Source of the DNA: Setoptus koraiensis
Taxonomy: Eukaryota > Animalia > Arthropoda
Assembly (NCBI GenBank): GCA_048013815.1
Contig: CM106586.1
Location: 744,001-808,000 of the forward strand
Reading direction: 5' to 3'
Length of the DNA: 64,000 nt
A model generated the notes under the pieces. The model searched no databases, was not told the origin of the DNA, and saw only the letters and a program-made list of their open reading frames with translations. The translations under genes were made by a program, and so were the position numbers. This document shows positions 1 to 12,606 of this stretch, one piece after another; position 1 is the first letter of the stretch, and every line of letters starts with the position of its first letter.

Positions 1-399
1 TGATACTGATTCCGTCAGTATCTCGAGCGCTTAATTTTTCGGATAGACGAGTATCGTTGGAATATGGATTCGAGTTTGTGACACCATGTCAGAAATGAAC
101 ATCTATGCCTGTCAGATCAGAGTAGTCGGTCAACATGTGTATCACGTTGTGATAGGAATCTGAAGAACTTGTATTTATTATGTCATCTTTACGGCTACTC
201 TGATTCGACAGGCATAGATGTTCAACTCCGACATGTTATCACATACTCGCATCTATATTTAAACGGTACTTGATCGCTATGATGCATCCGCATTTTCATG
301 CAATATTTTATTTTCGAAAATCAGCCATATTTTCCAAGTTTGTCAAGATATAATTGCCAATTTTCACACACTAGATAGACATAGATGGAATGTTCGACA

Positions 400-986
400 G
401 GGGGGGTTGTCGGTTCGAGCGAGGGTTGAGGGCGAAGCCCTCAACCCGAGGCGAGGCAAGCTCGCAAGGCCGAAGGCCGAGTCGGTAAAGATCGAAAGAG
501 GGTCCAGTATAGATGGAAGGTTGAGTAACGAAGTAAATCAGTGAAAAGTGGGGACATATCCCTTTATTCTAATCTCATCATCTGTATCAGAGCCGCGAAT
601 GGGTCGACCTCTCTTCTTGCACGCGCTAGGACTCTGTGGGTGGTCTCACTAACTGCGGGCGCAGTTTCACTCCGCGCCGCACTCAACGGTCACGCCTCTT
701 CGGTTTGACTGCATTCTTCCTCTTTCCCGAGCTTCTGGGTATCATCTACCCTCGGCTCAGAGACGCGAGTTCCCTACCCGATGTCCGCGCAGGTGGGTAT
801 CGCCGATTGAACCGTCAATATGCCCTCAAATACCCCGAAATACCCAGAATGCGGTACCCCGGGTATCTCGGTAACGAAGAATTTCCGCACTTCCGGAATA
901 CCCATTTGGGTATCAGGGCACTATACCCCACCCAAAAATACCCAAAATACCTAAATTGGGCGTGGCTCCTATTCGATGGTACAACC
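400..986 (-). mobile_element. GG-ended MITE, partial copy; near-identical inverted copy of 55410-55999
   Basis: End GGTTGTACCATCGAATAGGAGCCA (rc at 963-986); flank GATGATTG (rc 987-994); body matches rc of 55410-55999 with a few SNPs. Confidence 0.85.
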
Positions 987-1177
987 CAATCATCGGTCGA
1001 GCCTGGTTCGACTTCATTTTTCAAGAACAATTCCTCGCTGTCATCCTCCGAATCCGAATCAAGTGTATGTGTTTCAACATGTGGTTCGCTCGGTGATCCA
1101 ACCCTCGATCCTATGGGCCTCGCCAGGGCCGAGGAGATGACCAATAATAAGGTCAGACTAGCGGCAAAGAGCTTCAT
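987..1177 (-). pseudogene. N-terminal part (signal peptide + acidic tract) of signal-peptide pogo transposase copy 3, cut by a MITE
   Basis: MKLFAASLTLLLVISSALA-RP then DSDSEDDSEEL; joins in frame via 8-bp TSD GATGATTG to 56383-57055. Confidence 0.75.
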
Positions 1178-1878
1178 TGTTATGCAATTGTATTGTTATA
1201 AATGTACCGCTCTTGTGTTGTGTGAATTGTGGATGAACTTTTGACAGCGAGAGAGAGAGCGAACCACAGACTTTGACCTACAGTACACTGTAGAGGTCAC
1301 AGACTTTGACAGCTTACTGTGATCGACTGCACTGTGATAGCTTACTGTAATCGACTGCACTGTGATAGCTCACTGTGATCGACCGCACTGTAACACCTAC
1401 CCTATACATAGCTGGAGGGGCGAAAGCCCCCCTGAGGTCGGCGCAGTCGGCCCCAGGGGGGCTGTGAAAAACCGTGCCGGCGGAGGCGGCGAGCGGAGCG
1501 AGCCGCGCTATTTTTACCTGCCACGCCCCTTTTTCCGCACCGGAAGCGGATACCCGACCGGACACGCCCCCTTTCTGATGCGTTCTTCAGGTTGACAGTA
1601 TGTACACACAGAGCCAGTCGCTCGCAGCGCCATCTGCCGGCGACTCTGTCGTCCTGCGCAGATGGCCGAAATTAACCAGAAAAACACCAGAATATTGCAA
1701 AAACGAAAAAAAAAATGGGTAAACGGTTACCCGGGTTCGACTCAGCTCCTCGAGATCTTCAAGAATAGACCCATTAGAAAAAAATCCGGGCGTTAAAGTC
1801 ACCTAGGCTACCTTGTTAAACACTCTGTGCGAGTGTAATCGATTTTGTGTTTCTAGTATCGGCGGTGTCGGTCATTTT

Positions 1879-2594
1879 TGGGGTGTTTTTTCGATCAAGT
1901 CCCCACTCAGAATTGATGGAACTTCACACACGGGCCCTGCAGGGGCCCCACATCATGAATTAGGTAGATCCGGTATCATTTCTGGTTTGGTCTAACGGTT
2001 AAACTGTAATCAGAGATGCGGCCAGGTCTGTGCGGTTGCGCTAAGCACCTATCCTGTGCAGAGACTGACCCACACCATGTATTGGCTTATGTTTCAGTCA
2101 TTACATCCCTTTTATTCTTATTCCTGCCAATACACGTCATAATGATTGCCCCTACACCTGTGCACGGATTGCAGTCATTTGAGCGGAAGGATGAGGGCGA
2201 AGCCCGATATCAGGAGCGCTCATCAACTCTATCCGAAGGGTTCTCGTCGCACGCAGTCGTCGCGGGAACGACGACGGAGATGTGACGGCCTCCAACTTAC
2301 GAGGCCGCAGGCCGAGTTCGCATAACTATCACAAGTAGAGCGAAGCTAAGGCCTATTTCTGCATTTCTTTGCCGGATTGAATGAGATTTTATCGAGGTAC
2401 CAAAAATAACCCTGAAATAACACCCGCAAATCCCCAAGCGGCTGTCGGATACCGTGAAACGCCCACTGAGCGGTACTGAGCTTTTCCTCCGGAACGAGGA
2501 ATTACGCACTTTCGAACCATCTATTCGGGTATCAGGGCACAATACCCTACCCGGAAATACCCCCCAAAAAAAGTGTGGCGCTCTCCGTTAGAAC
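1879..2594. mobile_element. GG-MITE family composite/degenerate copy
   Basis: Right end GTGGCGCTCTCCGTTAGAACAACC; contains shared GC-rich hairpin module (2170-2310); ends unmatched, no TSD found. Confidence 0.55.
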
Positions 2595-3094
2595 AACCAA
2601 GAGTTCTTGCCGGTGTTTGAAAACTCAACCGGTTCCGGTTTTGACTGTTTGCTTTCTGTCCTCACAAATCATGGTTTCTGGCGACATCAACCACCTGATT
2701 CAGGTTGCTGTACTCATTCTGATTGTTGCTGCTACTTGGATTATTGTTCACATTCTGGTCGATTTCATTCTGGTTGTTTTTAGGTTCTTTCTGCTGACGG
2801 GGTTTGCCAACAAATTCAGGTTGCCGTCAAGGGACATCATCACTTTCTTTTTTTCGTTTTGGGTCTTGTTAAGCTGGTAGAAACGTCGGTCTTTGGCTGT
2901 TAACCTATTAACGTTTTTAAGAGCATAGTAAAATGCCGTTTATTCTAGTGTATATGATCATGTAAGGTTCGGCCATTTAAGTGAACTCGGACATTTGGTT
3001 ATATAGTAATTTTGCACCCGATAAATACAGGGTGTCTCCTTGATTATTGATAGTCATGCGCAGATGACTGTACATTGATGGAGCGTACTCTCAC

Positions 3095-3230
3095 TAGTGC
3101 TGGGGGCAGGGGCACGGGCGGTTGCCAAAACAGCGACTGACCCTGTGCCGCACAGGGGCGGTGGGGCATGCCGGTGTGCTGCACAGGTGTCATGCCGCGT
3201 GAGCACACCCATTCACCCGATATCCTACAC
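3095..3230 (+). mobile_element. hAT-family terminus (truncated)
   Basis: TAGTGCTGGGGGCA matches rc of the hAT end at 16239-16252; flanks do not form a TSD, so a different copy. Confidence 0.55.
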
Positions 3231-3493
3231 ATGACTGCATTAAAAGGAACCTTGGGTACGCTATAACCGAGAATTCGCCGACAAGCAATTAGACGGACAA
3301 CTCTACTATAACCCTGTCAAGGGATTTCACCCTTTGATCGCTAATAGAGGAATCCAATGCAACTAAACTATGTACAGCGTGATCAATACGCCCCTCATTA
3401 CTATAATGCTCGAAGAACACAATTGTCATGCATTAAATACATACGTAATTATGTCACAATGAGATTCCATTCGACAGCATGGTTGGTATGATC

Positions 3494-4030
3494 ACAAGTA
3501 ATACTGATCAAATCAGTATTTCGAGCGCTTAATTTTTCATGTAGACGATTACCGTTGATAGATTAGGAGGAGTTAATGACAACCTATTAGCGCTCGCAAT
3601 CGATGAATTGTTGCATACTTGGTAGCCAAGAGTACAAGAGATCTCAGCTATACCACATAGTGGTACAGCTGAGATGCTCGTGTGCGGTATGCTATTCAAA
3701 TTGATCGTTTGGTCGTTTCATACCATCTAAAGAGTATCACAAACTAGATCCAGGTTTCTCAAATTTTCACCATAGTTAGATGTACATGTCAGCTGCCTGC
3801 ATGCAAAAATTGGTGCACTTCTATCGGTTATTTTTGCCACAATTAATGATTTCAATACAATAAAATTATTGGGTTGTTCTAGCGATTAGGTCCCCAACCG
3901 GATCTTGATGAGACTTCCGGTTTAGGTCTATCTTAACCTGATTAAAACGGAACAAGTAATACTGATCAAATCAGTATTTCGAGTATTGGATAGACGAGTA
4001 TCGTTGGAATATTGATGCGAGTGTAATAGA
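3494..4030 (-). mobile_element. Helentron-like HINE 3' ends (two: 3494 and 3952)
   Basis: ACAAGTAATACTGATCAAATCAGTATTTCGAG = rc of 3' hairpin + ACTTGT; the 3952 copy lacks the subTIR. Confidence 0.75.
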
Positions 4031-4089
4031 AGTGAAGTAGGCAGCATGCGGTTTATAATTCTATATATGTATAGTTTATTTTATAGTTT

Positions 4090-4818
4090 GGGTGTTGTAG
4101 CGATTAGGTCCCCACTCGGAATTCGTTTAAACTTCACACACAGGCTCTATAGGGGCCCCATATCACGATTTGAGTGGTCCGGAAGTGCGGAAACTTCCGG
4201 TTCCGGAAATTCAAAAATATCGAGATAGAGCTCTGAAAACTCAAAAGTAGATAACACCTAGCGGAGAACGATGAAATCAAAATTGATCTCCCATCATTTC
4301 CGGTGCACGAGATATCGGGGATTATTTAAACAAGAAGTGTGGCCGTATGCGTGCAGCGGACCCATTCTGTGCATAGACTGAGCAACATCATGTATTGGCT
4401 TTTGTTTTAGTCATTACATCTCAGTATTCTTCTTGTTCTGGCCTATACACGTCATTACGACGATCCCTACACCCGTGCCAGTATACGAGGCCGCAGGCCG
4501 TGTTCTCAGACACACCGCATGTTTAGTCCCGAGCGCAGCGAAGCAATAATTTAGTCACTTCCGGTCTTCCAACCGTTGTAATATCCCTATATCTGGCGAA
4601 CCGGAAGTCGCACGAAGCTAAAAATCATGCCATCGTGTTGAGTGTAGTCTAAAATCTCTCTCTGGTGAATTTTAGAGCTCTAGCTTTAACTTTATGTAAA
4701 ACCGGAACCGGAAGTTTCCACACTTCCGGACTACTTTTTCCGTTCTATTGGGGTCAAGGTCGACCCACACCGGAAATTTCATCGAGACCTGAGAGGGGAC
4801 CTAATCGCTACAACAACC
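4090..4818. mobile_element. GG-ended MITE, complete
   Basis: TIRs GG(G/T)TGTTGTAGCGATTAGGTCCCC; perfect 8-bp TSD TATAGTTT (4082-4089, 4819-4826). Confidence 0.9.
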
Positions 4819-4844
4819 TATAGTTTGATAACATATTTTTGACT

Positions 4845-4925
4845 GGGCATCGCACTCTATGGTGCGCCCGTATTTATACGATTTTGGTCCAATGACGTCA
4901 CACAGGAGTGCGTGACGTCATAGTC
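4845..4925 (-). promoter_or_regulatory. Putative Pol II promoter: two CRE palindromes, CCAAT, TATA, CAGT initiator
   Basis: TGACGTCA twice (~4893, ~4913), CCAAT ~4889, minus-strand TATAAATA ~4870-4878, CCAGTC ~25 nt downstream. Confidence 0.45.
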
Positions 4926-4973
4926 TCTACTGCGCAGGTGCGGCAGTTTCACACACTCCCACTCACCTGTGCA

Positions 4974-5554
4974 CTAGTTGGGAATTTGTTCTTGATTCAA
5001 TCTGATGACCAATCTCTCGAAATAAAGTCGAATCAATCTATCTGATGCAATACTTTGTGCCGTCACCCATGTTGGCGGAAATTGACCCTCTGTTAACCAG
5101 TTTACTTGATAGAAAATTAAGCCATTAGTTGACACACAATGTCCTAGAATCGATTGTATCTCCCACTCGCCGTAGGTTATGGGATAATACTCATTGGGTC
5201 TTATTTCCTCAATTTGATTCACTTGCTCTTCAGCGAAGTTATTAATATAGTCCTCTGGCGGTGCGCCAGCTACGCCATTTTCTTCATGGCCCCACTCAAG
5301 CAATTCATTAATCATCTCTGAATTATCAGAATTACTGTCTTCATGGCTACTTAGTGATGATATCTTTTACTCAAATCTATAGGTTTGTCCTGATTGTTCA
5401 ATTGCACTTTAATAATCTCCTGTGTGGTTGCGTCGTTGATTAATTTTATTCGCCTGTCGCGTATGATAATAAGGGCTTCAATTTTTAAGCAAATTTCACA
5501 AGTGGTTCCTTCGGAGTCCAGGATATGACTACTGACGTGACATCCTGTGATCAT
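4974..5554 (-). CDS. Small PxDLS-motif + C-terminal chromodomain protein (two ORFs joined by a 1-nt frameshift)
   Basis: 5351-5554 ends KPIDLSKR; one extra A in the A4 run gives KISSLSSHEDSNSDNSE into 4974-5315 with chromodomain-like WEIQSILGH..FYQVNW..PPTWVTAQSI..LIRLYF. Confidence 0.65.
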
Positions 5555-5980
5555 CTTTAACTTTTTGATGCGGATTGTGGGTCAATTGAAGGTCAATTAA
5601 AGATGCCTAATTTAGACATCTTCTTGGACATAATTCGTTATATGAGAGATTTTCGCTCTCTCCAGTTGTTTTAGTGCGCCATCTGTTGATCATTTCTGAA
5701 CTAATTTTAAGACTCGGAATCTTGCTGTCTACACCCTTGATAGCGCCATCTAGTGGTGTTTTTTAGAACTTACTTTATCACAGCGGATTCGTGCGCTCCC
5801 TTCAGGTGTGCTGCTGTATGCTTGAGTGTAGTGCGGTATAGTGCGGTATAGTGCGGTATAGTGCTGTATAATTGTTGGAATATGAACTGTACCCTGTCAA
5901 CACTGAATGTGAATATCAGGACGATCGGTGACTTTTGTGAATTCCAATACTAGTGCAGTATAGTGCTAATGTGTTGCTTG

Positions 5981-6797
5981 GGTTGTTGTAGCGATTAGGT
6001 CCCCACCCAGATCCTGATGAAACTTCCGGTATAGGTTCATCTTGACCCAAATAAGACGGGAAAATTACTCCGGAAGCCAGGAAACTTCACGTTCTGGTTT
6101 GACATAAAGTTGAAGCTAGAGATCTGAAACTCACCAGACCGACGTTTCAGAGAACGCTGAACAGAATGGCATACTTTTCAGCTCTGTGAGACTTCCGGTT
6201 CTCAAGATATAGGCTTATCTATAGGTTTGGAAGACCGGAAGTTGACGAATTTCAGCTTCGCTGCACTCGGGTATGAACCTGCGATAGGTCTGAGAATTCG
6301 GCCTCGTGATTTGGAGGCCGTCACATCTCCGTCGTCGCTCCCGCGACGACTGCGTGCGACGGGAACCCTTCGGGTAGGGTTGATGAGCGCTTCGGGTATC
6401 GGGCTGCGCCCTCTACCCTCCGCTCACATGACTGCAATCCAGACACAGATGTTTGGAATGGCAGAAGAATACGATAATGCATGGTGCTGCGCATACGTGG
6501 CACAGAATGAGTCCGCTGAACGCAACCGCACAGACCCGGCCACACCCTCGGTTCAGCTTTAACCTCTTTATCCACCGAACCGGAAGTCATAGAAAATTAA
6601 TTTTGATGCCATTATGCTCCGCTAGGTGTCTCCAATACAATTCTGAAATTTGGGAGCTCTATCTCGATATTTTAGTATCTCCGGAACCGGAAGTTTCCTG
6701 GCATCCGGAATACAAAATTCATAGTATGGGGCCCCTACAGGGCTCTTGTGCGAAGTTTCATCGAAATCCGAGTGGGGACCAAATCGCTACAACACCC
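5981..6797. mobile_element. GG-ended MITE, complete, inserted in the 3' end of copia env A
   Basis: TIR GTAGCGATT(A/T)GGTCCCCAC; TSD GTTGCTTG/GTTGTTTG (1 mismatch). Confidence 0.88.
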
Positions 6798-7967
6798 GTT
6801 GTTTGCACTATTTCAATCTCAGCAGGCGTTTCATATTGAAAATTATCAAAGTCAACTTCGATTGTCACCTGTCTTCTCAAACCCCCACTGTGTCTGACAT
6901 ATTCATAATAACATTTTACGCTGAGCGAAACGCAACTACCGACTGTCCAAATTATAATGATCCAAACTGCTCTGAAACTGTAGTATGGACCACTGAAATC
7001 TCCCTCCATACGAGCTGTAAACACAAAGTTTATGTTTTGTGTCACAATATCAACTGTAATGTCCAAAATTGTGGTGCCTTTTGTTTCTATTTTAGTTAAA
7101 TCAGGATAGGTAAGCAGTTCAGCTAGCTCAGGTATTGCCATTTTCCCCCATTTACACTCCATTACTATTATACGTAAGATTACTTCTGTAGCTAAAGTTT
7201 TTAGATCTATTAGATGAAATGCATGTAAGATCGGATCTGCATCATCGAGTACAGACTTGTGTATAAACTGTTCATCTGCTATGACGTTGCTTATGGAGAT
7301 TAGATCGGACTTTATCCCTTCCTTTATTCCTTCTTTCATATAGTTAGCGGCGTCATCATCGATACTAGCACCAAGAGTATCTTTCAATTGTTCGAAACGA
7401 TTGCTATTATCCAATTGGAATTCTGTTTTGAACAGATTAGTAATTGAGATACCAGTTATGTTTGGTATTGGGTTGAAGGTTTCTCTCTTCGCCTTTACTG
7501 TTGGTAGGCATAATTTAAGCTTTCTCATTACTGGATGTAGCCTGTTTTCGAAGAATCCATCACATAAGCATCGTGTTTGAGCTTTTATAGACGTATCATT
7601 ACATGATTTTAAGTTTGCCTTTGAAAATTGATGACAGGGATTATCTATGTCGAGAAGAAGGTGAAAGTTTATCCTTTTACAGTCAATTAATCCTACAAGG
7701 CACACAACGAGTGTCATAGCGATCATAGCATAGCTGCTATTCAGGCGATCTCCCACCGGCTCTGAAACTTTCATCATATTCTTGAATTTATGGTGCTTGT
7801 CACGTGACAATGGTTTTGTTAAGGCATCCGCGATTTGATCCTCTGATTTGATGTAAGAGGTTTGTATTTCTTTTCGAAACTGCAGGTCACGAACAAACAT
7901 GTACGTAATGTCTATGTGTTTTGTCTTGCTGCGTATTTGTGGATTCAGGGCGATCTCTATCGCACCT
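6798..7967 (-). CDS. Copia RNase H C-terminus fused in frame to envelope-like glycoprotein (env A, Met at 7726; last codons and stop at 5966-5972 beyond the MITE)
   Basis: (TKHIDITY)MFVRD..IKSEDQIADALTKPL = copia RH end; then hydrophobic MIAMTLVVCLVGLIDC, NPC, CDGFFE, KAKR, TM AVWIIIIWTVGSCVSLSV. Confidence 0.8.
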
Positions 7968-10900
7968 TACCAATACAATGCTAATAGTAATCTGTGCAAG
8001 TGACATTGATGTGCACTTGCTTGTTTTCGCAGCATCACAAATTTTCGGACACCCATGTTCATGTGAATATTGTAATTTCTGAACATGTTCTCACCGTAAG
8101 ACTTTCGTGAAAATTTGCACAGAGCACCAATACAATGCTAATAGTAATCTGTGCAAGCGACATTGATGTGCACTTGCTTGTTTTCGCAACATTCGAAATA
8201 TCCGGATGTCCCAGTCCATGTGAATATTGTGATCATCATTATCAAATTATTTTCCTCGTTAGAATCTGTCCATACTATTACACTATCTCCAATTATTAAA
8301 TATCCCAGTTATCTACAAATCATATCCATGTGTTTATAATAACGATTGTTTGCATCCATTCTCCTGCTACGCTCAATGCCACCCTCAGATGTTATATTCA
8401 TCTAATGTTTAGGTTAACACGCAACCTTCTTTGTGTGATAATCATGCATATTCAGTTGCAACTTCTGTCACTCAGTTTAACCGTTACTGTGCTACTCACG
8501 CCCAGCACTACTTAGCGTATCATAAATACTAGAATTATTTACTAGTTATACTGAGTAGTTTCTGCTGTGCTGTAATCTTCTAGTTACAACGCTCCTAGCT
8601 TACCGTGCGCCAAGTCCGAATTGTACGCAGCTTGGCTTCCTCTGTGCTAGATTCATCTAGTTAGCATCGCAGCATTGAGCGTGCTACTCCCGTCTAGTTT
8701 TATCTATAATAGCATTAACAGTGCTGAGAAGCAGTAGTTGTTCTGAGTAGCTTCTACTGTTCTACAATCTGCTAGTTCCATCACCTCTAGCTTCCAGTGC
8801 ACTAGATCAGAATTGAAGACAGCTAGCCTTCTGCTGTGCTAAATTCATCTAGCGAGCATCTCAGCATTGAGCGTGCTAATCGCGTCTAGTTTGTTTTCGC
8901 GCGCATAGCATCCTGTGTGCTAAATCTAACTAATCAACATTGTAAGCTCTAAGTGTTCTAAAGGACCACTTGCATTCAGGGTCTCCAGAATCAAACTGAT
9001 CTGACATATATAAATTCAGTATTTTTGTGATCGGAAGAGCCTTCTGATCACGAATATAACTATTGCATCATCCTTTAGTCCGACGTTTGGAAACTAGGCG
9101 GCGTTGCTGTTTTTCGCTTTGGGGGCCTCTGGAGCCCTAGTATTTTGTCATAGAGACACGTTCTTGGTATCGTTGGATGAATCTCCAGAAGATGCATCTA
9201 AAAATGGTATAATTTTCTCCTAGACTCGAATCCGAGTCCATCGAATGTATGCCTTCTACTGTACAAATTGTACGTGTCATTGCTGAGAAATTCTGAATCC
9301 TCAGCAATGACACTATGTCAATTTTTTCGTGCCTTTGACAGTGCTATTTGTACGTGTCATTGCTGAGAACTGCTGAATCCTCAGCTATGACGCTGTTCAG
9401 TCAAGTTATGTGCCTTTGACTGTGCGAAAATAGATGAATTCAGCACAGCAGAAGGCTAGCTGTCTACAATTCTGATTTAGTGCACGGGAAGCTAGATGCG
9501 TTGTAGCTAAGAGATTACAGCACAGCAGAAACTGCTCAACCATCCAAGGTATCTCAACGTTAACAATGTTATCCCTATGGAGATTGGACTTTGCCAATTT
9601 CACGTCAGTCTCTGTGTTAAAGTATCTAAACGTTAACAATGTTATCTCTATGTGAATTTGACTTTGACGATTTTGAAGAATTTTTAGCCCTTAATTTTAA
9701 TTAAGTTGCTATTGGGGTGGTGATAATGACGACGTTCATTCACGTGACAGAACAAATCAGTGCTATTTTTTTCTAGGAAAAATTAGTAGAGCAAAGGCGT
9801 CGGGAAGCATCTCGCAGGTTTCATCATTCTAAATCTATCTAGTTTGTTAGTACAGAGAAAGCTAGAAGGCGGAGTCATTTGGAAACAATTATAAAGTGAA
9901 GGCTGAGACGCTAACTAGTAAAAATTAGCATGCGACAATACTAGCTGTTTACGAATTGAATCTAGCACAAGGGAAGCTAGGAGTGCAAAAACTAGATGGA
10001 TAAAGTACAATGAAAGTCTTAAATGTTGACTTTCAAAATCTAGCACACGTAGAGCTAGGAGTCGGAGTTTTAAGAAATAAATTATACAGTAGAGGCTGAG
10101 ACACTAACTAGTAAAAATGAGTATGCGATGATACAAGCTGTTTACAAATTAGATTTAGCACTATGGAAGCTAGAAGTGCTTAAACTAGATGGATAAAGTG
10201 CAATGAGACGCTTAAATGTTGTCTTTTGAAATCTAGCACGGAGGAAGCTAGGAGGCGGAGCTATTAGAGAACTATTATACAGTAGAAGCTGAGACGCTTA
10301 CTAGTAGAAATGAGCATGCGATAATGATAGCTATTTACAAATTTCACTCATCAACACAAAGGAATAGCTCACTGCACACGTTCGCGCGTGTAGTATGTAG
10401 CTAACAAATCGTCTGCGCGCTCGCGCTCACGAGATGTGTATTGAGCTTGATCTGCTAACTGTGAACAGTTTGAAAGCTCACTTGGAGCTTTTGCTTTGAA
10501 CAATAAACATCTATTTGCCTATCTATCTATCTATCTGCTTGAATCTACTATACGCGCTATAACACATAGTGCGCCATTGATAGCTTGTTGTGTTGGCATT
10601 TGACATATATATCCAACTATGGTGAAAATTTGAGAAACCTGGATCTAGTCTGTAATACTCTATAACTGGTCTGAAACGACCAAACGACCAATTTAAATAG
10701 CACACCGCACACGAAGTGCGCGCTATAGCACACAGTGCACCATGAAATACTTGTTGTATCTATCTAAATTATTTATTGTAGCAAAACTGAGCGCTAGAAA
10801 TGAACCAATTTCCGCATGCAGGCAGCTAACATACTCATGCACCAATCTAAACTATTATATTTCATCAGCACTGTCGAAGGCACTCAATTTAGTCATAATA

Positions 10901-12103
10901 TTTGATAGCTGAGGAGTGGACTGATCCCTACAATCACGCGTTGAATTCGCATTGTCTGCGGCAGTTGACGGGGTCACATAGTGTGATAACAAGGATGTCT
11001 GGAGTTTTCAGCTACCACTCATACATCTTTTCATCGATTGCGAACGTCTTCCATCGATACTTATCCACCCGAAAATTAAGCGGGTTATAGTAGCGAACAG
11101 CGACCACGCCCAATTTGGGTATTTTGGGTATTTTGGGTATTTCTGGGTAGGATATTGTACCCTGATACCCGAACAAGTATTCCGGAAGTGCGGAAATTCT
11201 TCGATACCGAGATACCCGAGGTACCGCATACTGGGTATTTTACGGTATTAGAGGGCATATTGAGGGTAAAGTCGGCCGTACCTATCCGCTCAGACATCCG
11301 GTCAGATGCTGAGGTCCTCGCACCGAAGGAAAATCATTCCTAGAAGCCTCAGGAAGCGAATGAAAGCGGTCAAACTGAAGAGGCGTGGCCTGTGCGCGCG
11401 GCGCGAAGTAAAACTGCCCGCAGTTAGTGAGACCACCCACCGAGTCCTAGCACTACTGAGGATGATGAAAGTTAAATAAACGCTTAGCCCTGACTTTTTC
11501 GACGCTTTTGACCTCGCGGACCGCGCAGACTCGGAACTCCGCTCATACTGACCCCTATTCCGATCTTTACCGACTCGGCCTTCGGCCTCGCAAGCTTGCC
11601 TCGCTTCGGGTTGAGGGCTTCGCCCTCAACCCTCGCTCGAACCGACAACCCCGGCCTTCGGCCGAGTAATTTTCACACACCCGAACACCAGAAACAATGC
11701 GAATGCGTGCCAGGCTGAGTGCGGCTCGTGAGACGTCAGATGTGACTCGAATTGCGTGACCGGAAGTTGGTCCAACAGTGAATGGTGGATATCTCCTGAG
11801 TGGATGATTGTGAAGGTGAGATTCTAACTGCATGTTATCTGGCATCGGTGGCATCTGGACCTATCCGAAAATACCTAAATTTCCAGTCTGAGGCACTCCT
11901 GAGGCCCGGAAAATGCTTTTCCCCGTATCTCCGGAAGTAGAAATTTCCGCACTTCCGGACCTTCAAAAACGTTCTTTGGGGCCGCCCCGCGGCCCTTGTG
12001 TGGAGTTTGAAGGAAATCGGGCTTGGCCGTTGTTCGCTACTACACCCATTAAGCGCTCTAAATACTGATTTGATCAGTATCACTTTTTAGCGCTTAATTT
12101 TAA
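7968..12103. repeat. HINE body sequences (CTAG-rich ~150-bp degenerate repeats, hairpin repeats) ending in a HINE 3' end at ~12048-12097
   Basis: Homologous to 14100-15350, 28624-29474, 52600-53300, 58390-58920. Confidence 0.7.
11083..12047. mobile_element. GG-ended MITE inserted in a HINE 3' subterminal repeat
   Basis: TIRs GGTTATAGTAGCGAACAGCGACC / GGGTGTAGTAGCGAACAACGGCC; perfect TSD ATTAAGCG. Confidence 0.9.
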
Positions 12104-12606
12104 NNNNNNNNNNNNNNNNNNNNNNNNNNNNNNNNNNNNNNNNNNNNNNNNNNNNNNNNNNNNNNNNNNNNNNNNNNNNNNNNNNNNNNNNNNNNNNNNN
12201 NNNNNNNNNNNNNNNNNNNNNNNNNNNNNNNNNNNNNNNNNNNNNNNNNNNNNNNNNNNNNNNNNNNNNNNNNNNNNNNNNNNNNNNNNNNNNNNNNNNN
12301 NNNNNNNNNNNNNNNNNNNNNNNNNNNNNNNNNNNNNNNNNNNNNNNNNNNNNNNNNNNNNNNNNNNNNNNNNNNNNNNNNNNNNNNNNNNNNNNNNNNN
12401 NNNNNNNNNNNNNNNNNNNNNNNNNNNNNNNNNNNNNNNNNNNNNNNNNNNNNNNNNNNNNNNNNNNNNNNNNNNNNNNNNNNNNNNNNNNNNNNNNNNN
12501 NNNNNNNNNNNNNNNNNNNNNNNNNNNNNNNNNNNNNNNNNNNNNNNNNNNNNNNNNNNNNNNNNNNNNNNNNNNNNNNNNNNNNNNNNNNNNNNNNNNN
12601 NNNGCA

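Noticed and set aside
636-1244. 202-aa ORF and similar ORFs in MITEs/satellites (e.g. 46282-47258, 55293-55760, 59497-60697)
   Set aside because: Translations of non-coding repeats or antisense frames; no recognisable domains
2575-2880. Hydrophobic 101-aa ORF
   Set aside because: Antisense of an N/Q-rich, stop-containing stretch starting inside a MITE; no support as a gene
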